From Pseudomonadales bacterium (GTDB taxonomy: Bacteria > Pseudomonadota > Gammaproteobacteria > Pseudomonadales > JAHEIH01): a stretch of 64,000 nt of DNA. Positions 48,004 through 57,732 of this stretch are shown here, in pieces. A model generated the notes under the pieces. It searched no databases and was not told the DNA's origin. It saw only the letters and a program-made list of their open reading frames with translations. The stretch is from positions 23,491 through 87,490 of the forward strand of contig DATHYR010000011.1 in NCBI GenBank assembly GCA_035458985.1, given 5' to 3'. Position 1 is the first letter of the stretch. Every line of letters starts with the position of its first letter. Position numbers and translations under genes: made by a program.

Positions 48004-50010
48004 TTAATGGTTAAATTCTTCTTCGAATCGTTGGCCCAAGGCCTTTTTTAAAGGATCCAACCAGGGCTCATAATTGCGCCACTGGTCAAGCCCACTGCGA
48101 TACAGCGGCTGGCGAACCTGCTCAGAGCTCGCGGTTCGCACTGCACGCTGCGTTTGATGGAAGTTCAGACAAGCTTTCTCAAAGGGCAGGCCGCAAAAAT
48201 CCAGCACTCGATGCACCTGAGACTCGAGATCGTCCACCACATGCTCATATTGGACAATAAGAATCTCTCCCGGGAACACCTGCTGCCAGTGATCCATCAG
48301 GTCAACGTAATCGCGATAGTACTGGCCGATATCTGCCAAATCATAGGAAAACTCCTGCCCCTCAGCAAACAGCTGCTTGAACCCCCCAAAGCAACACGCA
48401 GGAGCGGCACGGCGAGCATCAATAATCTTGGCATTAGGCAGCATCATCTTAATTAAGCCCACATGGCGAAAATTATTGGGCATTTTATCGATAAAAAATG
48501 GCGCGCCCTGACGATGAATACGTGTCTCTTCAATATAGGCCTCACCGAAGCCACGCAAGTCATCCGCTGTAAGATTCTTTAAAACGTCCGGGTAGTGGCT
48601 GACACCACTTATCCGCTTGCCTCGCCGCAGCCGCTGCGCCAAGGCGAGTACATTGGGCAGCTCTAACGTGCCATCTACCTGACTATGGGACGATAAAATT
48701 TGTTCCAGCAAGGTAGAGCCTGCCCTCGGCATTCCCAAAATAAAAATGGGATCCGGTGACTGACAACCGCCTTCCGCCACCTTTTCGACCAACGCGCGCG
48801 TGACAATTTCTTTTTGTCGCTGCATTTCAGTCGTCATGCTATCAGCATCGTAACGACTTTGAATTTTTTTGATGCGATTACCACGGCTGTAATACTCAAA
48901 CGACTTATCAAAAATATGGCGATCCTCGTAAGCCTTTCCCAGCGCAAAACTTAAATGCACGCGATCGTTGGGGGTCAATGCACCCTCCTCCTCAAGGCCA
49001 TGCATAGTCACAAGTTCCTCATCACTAAACGCATAGGTCTTAAGATTTGATAACGCATACCAGGCTTCACCATGGCGCGGATCGCTTGTGACAGCCGCGC
49101 GATAAGAGTCGACAGCCTGCGCGTGATGACCCGCTGTCTTAAGCGCGTGTCCACGGGTTGTCAATGTCGTTGGCTCACCAGGAAGGCGCAGCAATACCTT
49201 ATCAAGAAAAGCCACCGCCGTATCATAGTCACCGGTTTGCATTGACTCGATCGCGAAAAGCGATTGAAACTGAGGATTATCAGGACGTTTTTCAAGCAAC
49301 CATTGAGCCTGCTCAAAGGCAGCGGCGAATTTTTGTCGCTTGCGTAAGGTTTGCAAATAATCGACGCGCAGTTGAAGATGATCTGGCGCCATCTGAACCG
49401 CCGCATCAAGCAACAACTCAGCATCATCCAGAATACCTAATCGCACACCAATGTCTGCCAACAATCGCATTGCCTCAACATGATGCGGCACCTGCTGCAA
49501 GAACTGTCTAACCAGCTTTTCAGCCTTGACGAGCTTGCCTTGTGCCACCAAGTCAGAGACCATCAGCAAGGGGGGCGGCAACGATGATAAATACCTTACC
49601 TGCTCTATAACACCCTGTGCACGCGCATGATCACCGCGTTGCTGAAGTATCGATAGCTGCGACTGCCAGGCTGCAATAAGCGAGGGGTTTTGACGGGTAG
49701 CCTGATGATAAAACGCCATCGCTTCATTAGGCTTACCCATATCTCGGAATAGATGACCTTGCTCTTGCAAGGCGCGGCTGTGATTGGGTTCTAGTCTGCG
49801 CACTTCGCTTAAATGAAACGAGGCCTCATCAAATCGTCTGAGGTAACGCAAACACGCCGCTGCAAAGTAGTGAGCGTCCGCGTGGCCAGGGGAAGTACTT
49901 AGGAATTCATTCAAGTAACGCAGCGCAACATCGAATTGGTTGCTCGCCATCAAGCGCTGCAACATGGGCATATCTAAGCCCCGAGACTGATTTTCAGCTA
50001 CTTGTTCCAC
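48004..50010 (-). CDS. TPR-repeat protein with C-terminal sulfotransferase domain
   Basis: N-terminal TPRs over ~390 aa, then the PAPS 5'-PSB motif ILGMPRAGSTLLEQILSSH and a downstream 3'-PB-like region. The start is GTG at 50010, with an alternative ATG at 49971. Confidence 0.8.
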   Translation of the reverse strand: MEQVAENQSRGLDMPMLQRLMASNQFDVALRYLNEFLSTSPGHADAHYFAAACLRYLRRFDEASFHLSEVRRLEPNHSRALQEQGHLFRDMGKPNEAMAFYHQATRQNPSLIAAWQSQLSILQQRGDHARAQGVIEQVRYLSSLPPPLLMVSDLVAQGKLVKAEKLVRQFLQQVPHHVEAMRLLADIGVRLGILDDAELLLDAAVQMAPDHLQLRVDYLQTLRKRQKFAAAFEQAQWLLEKRPDNPQFQSLFAIESMQTGDYDTAVAFLDKVLLRLPGEPTTLTTRGHALKTAGHHAQAVDSYRAAVTSDPRHGEAWYALSNLKTYAFSDEELVTMHGLEEEGALTPNDRVHLSFALGKAYEDRHIFDKSFEYYSRGNRIKKIQSRYDADSMTTEMQRQKEIVTRALVEKVAEGGCQSPDPIFILGMPRAGSTLLEQILSSHSQVDGTLELPNVLALAQRLRRGKRISGVSHYPDVLKNLTADDLRGFGEAYIEETRIHRQGAPFFIDKMPNNFRHVGLIKMMLPNAKIIDARRAAPACCFGGFKQLFAEGQEFSYDLADIGQYYRDYVDLMDHWQQVFPGEILIVQYEHVVDDLESQVHRVLDFCGLPFEKACLNFHQTQRAVRTASSEQVRQPLYRSGLDQWRNYEPWLDPLKKALGQRFEEEFNH

Positions 50011-50081
50011 CCATCACCTTTATCATGGTTGTTAAATAAATTAGGTACCCTGCCAGAGTACCTGTTTGGTGAAATATGCGT

Positions 50082-52706
50082 CTAGAAGTTATAGGTAACA
50101 CGAACACCTGCCGTGCGAGGGCGCGCATAGGACACCCGTTCAACATCGTTGACGAAATTTCGCGCCATTTCAGCTCTTTCATCGGTGAGGTTGTTAACGT
50201 AGGCTTCTGCTGTCCAGGCGTTGGTACTCAAACCAGCCGTAATACCCATCATGGTCCAGCCAGCAATGCGATCGCGGTTGATGGTAATGATATCGCTATA
50301 TGAATGCGCTGAATGCGATACATGCGGCATGATATGCGCAATCATGTCACCCCCTAAACTCCACTCATAGCGAGCTTGAACATTACCCTGAAAACCTGGT
50401 GCAAACGCCAGAGAATCCCCCTGGCGTACATCTCCGGTCGGAGTAATCACCTTAGTGATCTCCGTATCCAAAATAGAAAACGCGCCACTAACAGAGAGAC
50501 CTGGCACGCTGTCAGGCTGATAAATAAAATCCGCCTCTAGACCCTTCACCTCTGCATCGGCCGCGTTATCAGAGAAGAACAAGTTAGTAATACTGGGATC
50601 AAAGATCGTGGTCTGCAAACGAGAGATCTCGACAAAAAACAGACTGCCATTAAAGCGCACCTGCCCATTCGCCAGGTCTGTTTTCCAACCTAACTCGTAA
50701 TTCAACACCTCATCGGTATCGAGCTCGAAAGGCACCGTGAAGGTTCCGCTCGCGTTGGTTTTGCCGCCGGGACGATTTAACAAACCCGGCCGGAAGCCCT
50801 CAGAAATCGTGCCGTAAAACAACATATCACTGCTTGGACGATAATTAATGGTCGCCTTAAAAATGCTTCCCTTAGCCACAGCTTTATCTGGGGCACGCAG
50901 GGCATTGAAGATGTATTGGTTATCCCCGTCGTAGGTGGCGATGTCGTAGGTAATTTTTTCCCCGCAAGTGCCGTTGTTGGTAAAGCTACCATCGCCATCG
51001 TATAGATCGGAGATATTGGTACCGTAGGAATCGGTATCGCCGTTATTGCCGCCATTACAGAACGATGAGTTTGCCCCACCCTCAAAATCGACCTCAATAT
51101 TGTAGTAACGAGCACCTAACGTTAATGCCCATTCACTTGAGAGATCCGCCGTTACCTCACCGAAGACACCGTACTGTTTATCGGTGCGCAACACGTCGTT
51201 TCGGAAAATCACACCCGCAGGAAACGGACCAGGGTCTGAGTTATAGGCACCCGGGAAGGGGTAGTTCGGCAAGAATCCTAATGGCTTAGTCGCCCCAGAA
51301 GGATCATAAAACTCATTCCACCACGTACGCGTTTTAACACTACCCGGATAGGTAAAGTCGTTGCGCTCTGCCAACTCCAAGTCACTTAAAAACGCCCCAG
51401 CAGTAAAGTTGGCGTTGTGATTAAGATTCCCTGTGACACGAAACTCATGCGTTTGCACGTTGGTATTCGTACTACTGTCTACCCACAAGTTAGGGGCCTG
51501 ACAAGTACCACTTGGTAAGCCGCCTGGTGCAAAGCTTGTGTATGTCACGAAGTAATCGCAGATGTAATACGGCAAGTACTGACCAACAAACAAGTAGTCT
51601 GAGTAATCAATACGCTGGGTAGTATCTCGGTCGGTGTAAGCACCGGTGTATACCACCTCTAACTCATCTAATAAGCCTTTGAGCGTCCAGCTCAGATTGT
51701 CATACGAATCTTCCATGACATTGTCTGAATACTGCTGGACCTGTAAATCATCCAGATTGGGATCAGCGAAGAAAACCCCATCGGACTCGATGCTCTGCGT
51801 GGCACCACTCAACAACAAGTTCCACTTGGCGTTGAGGTCGACCGACAACCCCAGGCGCGCACCGGTATAGGTCGCATCGTTGAAGTTCTCTTCTACCAGA
51901 GCACTATTATCGGCATCGAGGAAGGTGACCCCACTCAGATCAACTCCTGCCTGGAAACCTTGGCGAGCGGCATCCACTGGGACGCCATTGGCGCGCATTG
52001 TCCCGGCGGCTCTAAACCGTGCACTTTCAGAGGCATTGCGTGTCCCCTGAACGTTATCAATGTAACCGCCTTTATGATCACGATACGCCACTGTTCGCAG
52101 TGCTACGGCATCGCTCAATGGCACATTGTACATAAACTCAATATTGTTACTGGCGTCACCCGAGGCCGTCGTCGCTACCCCAGCTTTGACTTTACCGTAA
52201 GTACCGGTGTGATCCGGCTTATTGGTAATCAAACGCACCGTGCCCGCCTGAGAACTCGCACCAAATAAAGTACCTTGAGGCCCCGAGAGGACCTCCACGC
52301 GGTTTAAGTCGGCTGCATAAACGTCGAGGTTACGCCCGGGTTGCGCCAAGGGCTGCTCATCGAGATATAGCGCCACATTGGGGGCAAGACCAGCGACGCC
52401 CGCCGTCGTCAAATTCGGGGTTGTCGATGCGACACCTCGGATGTAAATGGTATTTTGCCCAGGGCCGCTACCACCGGCAGTCACACCGGGCAACTGTATG
52501 AGGTAATCTTCAAAATTCGAAATCCCCATCTGCGATAGTTTCGCCTCGGTGACGGCGGAGACTGCCAGGGGAATGTCTTGGGTAGAAGCCGAACGCTTGG
52601 TGGCGGTCACCACGACCTCTTCAATAGCAGCAAAGCTTTGTCCAGCCGCCATCGCCGATGTCACGGCCAGCACAGCCCCTGTCAATTTGCTTCGACCTAA
52701 AATCAT
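50082..52706 (-). CDS. TonB-dependent outer-membrane receptor
   Basis: Signal peptide, TonB box/plug (IEEVVVTATKR...), a long barrel, and the terminal VRVTYNF. Confidence 0.9.
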   Translation of the reverse strand: MILGRSKLTGAVLAVTSAMAAGQSFAAIEEVVVTATKRSASTQDIPLAVSAVTEAKLSQMGISNFEDYLIQLPGVTAGGSGPGQNTIYIRGVASTTPNLTTAGVAGLAPNVALYLDEQPLAQPGRNLDVYAADLNRVEVLSGPQGTLFGASSQAGTVRLITNKPDHTGTYGKVKAGVATTASGDASNNIEFMYNVPLSDAVALRTVAYRDHKGGYIDNVQGTRNASESARFRAAGTMRANGVPVDAARQGFQAGVDLSGVTFLDADNSALVEENFNDATYTGARLGLSVDLNAKWNLLLSGATQSIESDGVFFADPNLDDLQVQQYSDNVMEDSYDNLSWTLKGLLDELEVVYTGAYTDRDTTQRIDYSDYLFVGQYLPYYICDYFVTYTSFAPGGLPSGTCQAPNLWVDSSTNTNVQTHEFRVTGNLNHNANFTAGAFLSDLELAERNDFTYPGSVKTRTWWNEFYDPSGATKPLGFLPNYPFPGAYNSDPGPFPAGVIFRNDVLRTDKQYGVFGEVTADLSSEWALTLGARYYNIEVDFEGGANSSFCNGGNNGDTDSYGTNISDLYDGDGSFTNNGTCGEKITYDIATYDGDNQYIFNALRAPDKAVAKGSIFKATINYRPSSDMLFYGTISEGFRPGLLNRPGGKTNASGTFTVPFELDTDEVLNYELGWKTDLANGQVRFNGSLFFVEISRLQTTIFDPSITNLFFSDNAADAEVKGLEADFIYQPDSVPGLSVSGAFSILDTEITKVITPTGDVRQGDSLAFAPGFQGNVQARYEWSLGGDMIAHIMPHVSHSAHSYSDIITINRDRIAGWTMMGITAGLSTNAWTAEAYVNNLTDERAEMARNFVNDVERVSYARPRTAGVRVTYNF

Positions 52707-52907
52707 ATCAACCCCTTTAACATCATCTTCACTTCAAAATTTAGTTAGTAGTGTAAACAATTTTTAACGATGTTTGTAGGCTAATTTAATTTAATTGCAT
52801 GAAAAACAAGCAAATAAGTAATTATATTGCAAAATAAATCGTAACAATCTAGAAAAAAGTTAGGCAGCTAAAGATATTAAATACTTACATATCTAATATT
52901 AGATTAT

Positions 52908-52940
52908 TTGAACAAACAAAATCCCAGGCAAAGGTACCTG
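52908..52940 (-). terminator. Possible weak terminator after rlmB
   Basis: On the minus strand, CAGGTA-cctt-TGCCTG is followed by GGATTTTGTTTGTT. Confidence 0.3.
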
Positions 52941-52963
52941 TATTTATTGACACATTGAGGGAA

Positions 52964-53692
52964 TCAGTGGCGCTGACGCACCGCTTCGAAGAGCGCAATC
53001 CCAGTGGCGACAGAGACATTCAGACTACTGACAGCGCCCGCCATGGGTAATTTCACTAGGTAATCACAGCACTCACGCGTGAGACGACGCATACCCTTGC
53101 CTTCAGCGCCCATCACAATAGCCGTTGGCGTTTTAAAATCATAGCTCCACAAATAATCGTCCGCTTCACCCGCTGTGCCGACAATCCACACCCCTTGCTC
53201 TTGAAGGTTTTTAAGCGTGCGTGCCAAGTTGGTGACCGCAAAAAATGGCATAGTTTCCGCCGCACCACACGCCACCTTGCGCACGGTCGCGGTAATGCCA
53301 ACAGACTTATCCTTAGGAGCAATGACTGCATGTACACCCGCGGCCTCAGCGCTACGTAAACAAGCGCCTAAGTTATGTGGATCGGTAACGCCATCCAAAA
53401 TCAGTAACAGGGCTGGCGAATTCAGTCGGGCAATCAGTCCCGGCAAGGCCGATTCATCAAGACCCTTCTGCTCTCGACAAACCGCCACCACACCCTGGTG
53501 ATTTCCCTCAACCAATTCACTTAATTCATTCTTTGGCATTTGAACAACCGACACCCCGGCACGCTTCGCCAAGTCGGCAATTTGCTGAACCCGCTGGTCA
53601 TCGCGGCCGCGCTGAATTAAGACTTTTTTCACCTCAGCCGCACGCTGATTCAACATAGACTCAACAGCGTGCAATCCAAATACATAATCCAT
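52964..53692 (-). CDS. rlmB: 23S rRNA (guanosine-2'-O)-methyltransferase RlmB (SpoU/TrmH family)
   Basis: MDYVFGLHAVESML..., SPOUT motifs LDGVTDPHNLGACLRSA and SLNVSVATGIALFE, and synteny with rnr. Confidence 0.9.
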   Translation of the reverse strand: MDYVFGLHAVESMLNQRAAEVKKVLIQRGRDDQRVQQIADLAKRAGVSVVQMPKNELSELVEGNHQGVVAVCREQKGLDESALPGLIARLNSPALLLILDGVTDPHNLGACLRSAEAAGVHAVIAPKDKSVGITATVRKVACGAAETMPFFAVTNLARTLKNLQEQGVWIVGTAGEADDYLWSYDFKTPTAIVMGAEGKGMRRLTRECCDYLVKLPMAGAVSSLNVSVATGIALFEAVRQRH

Positions 53693-53722
53693 GTTATGAC
53701 GTTCCGACGTGTACGTTACCGA

Positions 53723-56149
53723 CTAGCGGCGAGATTTTTTCTTACTGACTGACGATTTTTTAGCCGACTTCTGGGCAGATTTCGTCGCTTGCTTGTCTTT
53801 CTTGGCACCACGCTTTCCACCACCGCCATCGCCGCGTTTACGTGATTGTTTAGCCGCCACTTCCGAGATTGGGCTGCGATTCTTGCCAGCAGCTGTCTTG
53901 CGTCTACGCACACTGGACACTACACCCAACAACTCTAGATCAACCTTACGCTCTTCTAACTTAACCGCCGCCACTTGGACGGACAATTCATCACCCAAAC
54001 CGTAGACGACCCCAGTACGCTCACCCAACAGACACATGCGAGCCGCATCAAACTGGTAATAATCATTTTGTAAGGCGGTAACATGTACCAACCCCTCGAC
54101 GTAGAGACCCTGCAACTCGACAAACAGGCCGAAATTGGTCACCGCCACCACCACACCGCGGAACTCTTCACCGACTTTATCAAGCAGATACTCGCACTTA
54201 AGCCAACTCACCACATCGCGCGTGGCTTCATCGGCTCGACGCTCTGTCATGGAGGTCTGCTCACCAAAATTAACCATCTTGCCTATATCGTAAGGATAAA
54301 TCTCTTTGGCACTGAGCGGCATGGCACCCTGGACACGTCGCACAACATTGCTCGACAGGCCTGAGCGTATCACGTAGCGAATCGCCCGGTGGGTTAACAA
54401 ATCCGGATAGCGACGAATCGGCGAGGTAAAGTGTGTGTAGGCGGAATAATGCAAACCAAAATGCCCCTGATTGTCTGGCGTATAAATCGCCTGGCTCATT
54501 GATCGCAACATCATGGTTTGAATTAAACTGGCATCAGGCCGGTCAGCCACCGCCTGCAACAATGTTTGGTAATCAGCAGGCGTGGGATTTTCTCCGCCCG
54601 TCAAGTCCAAACCCAAGCCCCCTAAGAACTCACGAAGATTTCCCAGACGCTCTTCTTTGGGCCCGTTGTGAACCCTAAATAATCCCGGGAGGTCGTGCTT
54701 CTCGAGAAAACGCGCTGCCGCGACGTTAGCACAAAGCATACATTCCTCGATTAGCTTGTGCGCATCGTTTCTCACCACAGGGACGATTTCGGCTATTTTC
54801 TTATCCGCCCCAAAGACCATTTGAGTCTCCGTGGTTTCAAAATCTATCGCACCGCGCTGATAGCGCGCATGGCGCAACGCATGGTAGAGATCATGCAAGT
54901 CTTCTAACACCGGCACGACAGGCGAGTATCGCTGCCTCAAGGGGTTATCAAGGCTGCGGTCATCCAAGATCTTGGCCACTTTGTTGTATGTCAGACGCGC
55001 CTTGGAATGCATCACTGCTTCATAGAAACAATAAGAACTAAGATTGCCTGTCGCACTGACTGTCATTTCAGCCACCATGCACAAACGATCAACCTCAGGA
55101 TTCAGTGAGCACAGTCCATTCGATAAGATTTCAGGCAACATCGGGACGACGCGACCGGGGAAGTATACCGAATTCCCTCGCGCAATCGCTTCGCGATCCA
55201 GCGGCGTGTTAGGGCGAACATAGTGGGAGACATCCGCAATAGCGACCCATAACCGCCAACCACCCCCGCTTTTCTTCTCGCAATACACGGCATCGTCAAA
55301 ATCGCGGGCATCTTCACCATCGATAGTGAGCAACGACATGCTGCGCAAATCAATACGATGCAGCTTATCCTCGTCACTTACCTCTGGCTGTAATGGGGCA
55401 ACTTGCTGCTCCACGTCATGAGGCCACACATGGGGAATACCATAACTTCGTATTGCAACATCAATTTCCATGCCTGGCGCCATATGGTCGCCGAGGATTT
55501 CGCTTATTTCACCAACCGGACGCGTCTGCCACGTGGGCTGAGTAATTAACCTCACCACCACAAATTGGCCATTCTCCGGCTGCAGTTCTCCGCCCTGAGG
55601 AACCGCAATATCAACGCCAATCCGAGGGTTTTCTGGTACGACGTAGCCAATACCGGCTTCGCGGAAATAACGCCCAACCAGCTCTTGAGTATTACGGCTA
55701 AGCACATCGACAATTCGTCCTTCCGGACGACCTTTCGGGTCGCGCCCAATAATACTGACTACCGCATCATCGCCATCGAGCACCCCTCGCATTTGCCGGG
55801 CACTGATATAAATATCATCGCCACCGGTGACTGGCACCAAAAATCCAAACCCATCGCGATGGCCTTGAATTTTACCTTTAATGAGATCCATCTTTTCGAT
55901 GAGACCAAAGCCTTGCTTGCGATTGCGCACGATTTGGCCGTCACGCTGCATGGCATTCAGGCGGCGGCGCAATGCTTCAAAGGCTTCATCGTCATTAATG
56001 TGGAGGGCTTCCGACAGCTCTTTAAAATTCATCGGCACGCCGCTCTCGCGCAGCGTCTCAAGAATCAGCTCTCGGCTGGCAATAGGATTTTCGTAATTAG
56101 CGGCTTCTCGAGCGGCTTGCGGGTCATTGGGACCAATAGTTTTTTTCAT
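53723..56149 (-). CDS. rnr: Ribonuclease R
   Basis: N-terminal HTH/CSD region, RNB domain (IDGEDARDFDDAVY), S1 domain, and a Lys-rich tail. Confidence 0.95.
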   Translation of the reverse strand: MKKTIGPNDPQAAREAANYENPIASRELILETLRESGVPMNFKELSEALHINDDEAFEALRRRLNAMQRDGQIVRNRKQGFGLIEKMDLIKGKIQGHRDGFGFLVPVTGGDDIYISARQMRGVLDGDDAVVSIIGRDPKGRPEGRIVDVLSRNTQELVGRYFREAGIGYVVPENPRIGVDIAVPQGGELQPENGQFVVVRLITQPTWQTRPVGEISEILGDHMAPGMEIDVAIRSYGIPHVWPHDVEQQVAPLQPEVSDEDKLHRIDLRSMSLLTIDGEDARDFDDAVYCEKKSGGGWRLWVAIADVSHYVRPNTPLDREAIARGNSVYFPGRVVPMLPEILSNGLCSLNPEVDRLCMVAEMTVSATGNLSSYCFYEAVMHSKARLTYNKVAKILDDRSLDNPLRQRYSPVVPVLEDLHDLYHALRHARYQRGAIDFETTETQMVFGADKKIAEIVPVVRNDAHKLIEECMLCANVAAARFLEKHDLPGLFRVHNGPKEERLGNLREFLGGLGLDLTGGENPTPADYQTLLQAVADRPDASLIQTMMLRSMSQAIYTPDNQGHFGLHYSAYTHFTSPIRRYPDLLTHRAIRYVIRSGLSSNVVRRVQGAMPLSAKEIYPYDIGKMVNFGEQTSMTERRADEATRDVVSWLKCEYLLDKVGEEFRGVVVAVTNFGLFVELQGLYVEGLVHVTALQNDYYQFDAARMCLLGERTGVVYGLGDELSVQVAAVKLEERKVDLELLGVVSSVRRRKTAAGKNRSPISEVAAKQSRKRGDGGGGKRGAKKDKQATKSAQKSAKKSSVSKKKSRR

Positions 56150-56247
56150 GTGTCGTCTTGAATAGTTTTGTTAAGTGTAACGCAGTTCAAAGCAATACGC
56201 TTGCACTGACCACGACAAATGTATTCAAACACCCATCACGACAACGG

Positions 56248-57003
56248 TTAAAAGTGATAGCTAACACTGGTAGTAAACGCTCGCTTAATAGGAGGAACAC
56301 CGACAAAGGCCTCACCATTATAGCGCCAGCTATATCCTACCTTGAGATCCAAACGATCAACGATTGGAAAGGCCACACTGGCATTAAACGTACTTCGATA
56401 ATCTGCAAAATCATTTATTGCAGGCTGAAAATACACCACCGCCGTCAGTAGTGCCTGGTTCGGCATTTTATATTGCACCTGTGATGACAGGGTAAATCTT
56501 GTCAAATCGCGGTCTTGACTGGCATCGTTGAGGTGCTCCTCTCGCTCGCTCATAACGCCCAGTAAGGTATGAAACGCATAACCCTGGTGCTGCTTTAACA
56601 ACGACAAGCCTGCACCATACAAACGCCGTAACGCCAATACTTCAAACTCATCTGTTTCGCGCTGGGCGAAGACCTCAAGATTAAGATCAGACAGCACGTG
56701 CTTTTGGATATAACGCGTATGCACTAGCGCACTATCGTCATTTTTTTTGCCATCAACATCACTGTAAGCGAGATTACCAAAAAACAACCACTGCCTAGCT
56801 TCATCGTTATTCGAGACACGAAAGCTGCCTTTGTAGTCTGTCTTGTCTACTGTTGTACTCGACGTGGCATAGCTGGCTTCCAGCGAGGTATACCAACCTT
56901 GAACCTGCTCTTTAAGACTATGGACAACAACCGTGGCATGGGAAACAGCACTAAAACCACCACAAAAAAATAACGTGGCCGCATAAACAAAACGGGGAAA
57001 CAT
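56248..57003 (-). CDS. Putative outer-membrane beta-barrel protein (DUF481/YdiY-like?)
   Basis: Signal peptide, alternating strands, and the C-terminal ...TTSVSYHF. Confidence 0.45.
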   Translation of the reverse strand: MFPRFVYAATLFFCGGFSAVSHATVVVHSLKEQVQGWYTSLEASYATSSTTVDKTDYKGSFRVSNNDEARQWLFFGNLAYSDVDGKKNDDSALVHTRYIQKHVLSDLNLEVFAQRETDEFEVLALRRLYGAGLSLLKQHQGYAFHTLLGVMSEREEHLNDASQDRDLTRFTLSSQVQYKMPNQALLTAVVYFQPAINDFADYRSTFNASVAFPIVDRLDLKVGYSWRYNGEAFVGVPPIKRAFTTSVSYHF

Positions 57004-57039
57004 GAGGAACCTTAGGTAATAATCAATGTAGACGCGATT

Positions 57040-57732
57040 TTACTCGATCAAGAGGCGATCATGCCAGTTATGGCACAACTGACTGGAGCGAACAAGCTCA
57101 TTGTTACACAACGTTTGGAAATGACGACGATTTTTGTTAGCTAAGCCTGCGCTGAAAGCATCAAATCGCTCGGGAGACAAACCACGTCGGTAGGCCCATT
57201 TCTTTGCCCCGATATAGCTAAACCAGCCGTAGCGAATATTATAAAACCGCCACATATCACCCTCGTCAATCAACATCAGTTCGATATCAAGATCAGGAAA
57301 GTTATCCCACACCGCCGTCATGTCTAGAACAGCACGTCCCGGCGCGTGCTCATCAAACGTCACATCATTTATGACGAACCGCTGACCGCTATAATTATCC
57401 AGAATTTCAAAGGCATAACGCTGCACTGTGCGATCAAGTATGCCATCTAAGGATTGCTGTTGCGCCTCACTGAGCGCCGCCACTTTCTCCGCCGTCGCCA
57501 AGCCCTCAAGACTCGCCCTTTTACTCCATAGTGGGACAACAAGATCTTGCACCATTGCCCAATAGGCATCAGGATCCTGCTTATACTGATCGCCCTTCTG
57601 TGCCAGCGCTGCACCAAACTGATTAAGCAAAGCCTCATAGGTGAGCAGAATATCTTCGCGCGGCGCAGCATTAAGGGCCATCCCCCAACACAGCGCCAAC
57701 CAAAATATGACTAAACGCCTCAAAAAGGCCAT
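57040..57732 (-). CDS. MlaC/Ttg2D-like periplasmic lipid-binding protein (tentative)
   Basis: Signal peptide. The block order parallels E. coli MlaC as recalled (DPDAYWAMVQDLVVPLW / LSEAQQQSL..RYAFEILDNYSGQRF / MWRFYNIRYGWFSYIG). Confidence 0.45.
   Translation of the reverse strand: MAFLRRLVIFWLALCWGMALNAAPREDILLTYEALLNQFGAALAQKGDQYKQDPDAYWAMVQDLVVPLWSKRASLEGLATAEKVAALSEAQQQSLDGILDRTVQRYAFEILDNYSGQRFVINDVTFDEHAPGRAVLDMTAVWDNFPDLDIELMLIDEGDMWRFYNIRYGWFSYIGAKKWAYRRGLSPERFDAFSAGLANKNRRHFQTLCNNELVRSSQLCHNWHDRLLIE

Noticed and set aside
52800-52860. A Fur-box-like AT-rich segment (AATAAGTAATTATATTGCA) upstream of the TonB-dependent receptor.
   Set aside because: Only about 9 of 19 positions match GATAATGATAATCATTATC, which is indistinguishable from background in an AT-rich region.
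55565-56161. Long antisense ORFs inside well-supported genes. Examples are the 198-aa ORF opposite rnr, 36244..36786 opposite rimK, 11063..11479 opposite the SQR fusion, 59793..60431 and other alternative frames in the MBL gene, and 7603..7959 in the GNAT gene.
   Set aside because: Each lies fully within a gene with strong family signatures on the other strand or frame. The translations are low-complexity (R/P/S/A-rich) with no motifs and no SD. This is typical of shadow ORFs.
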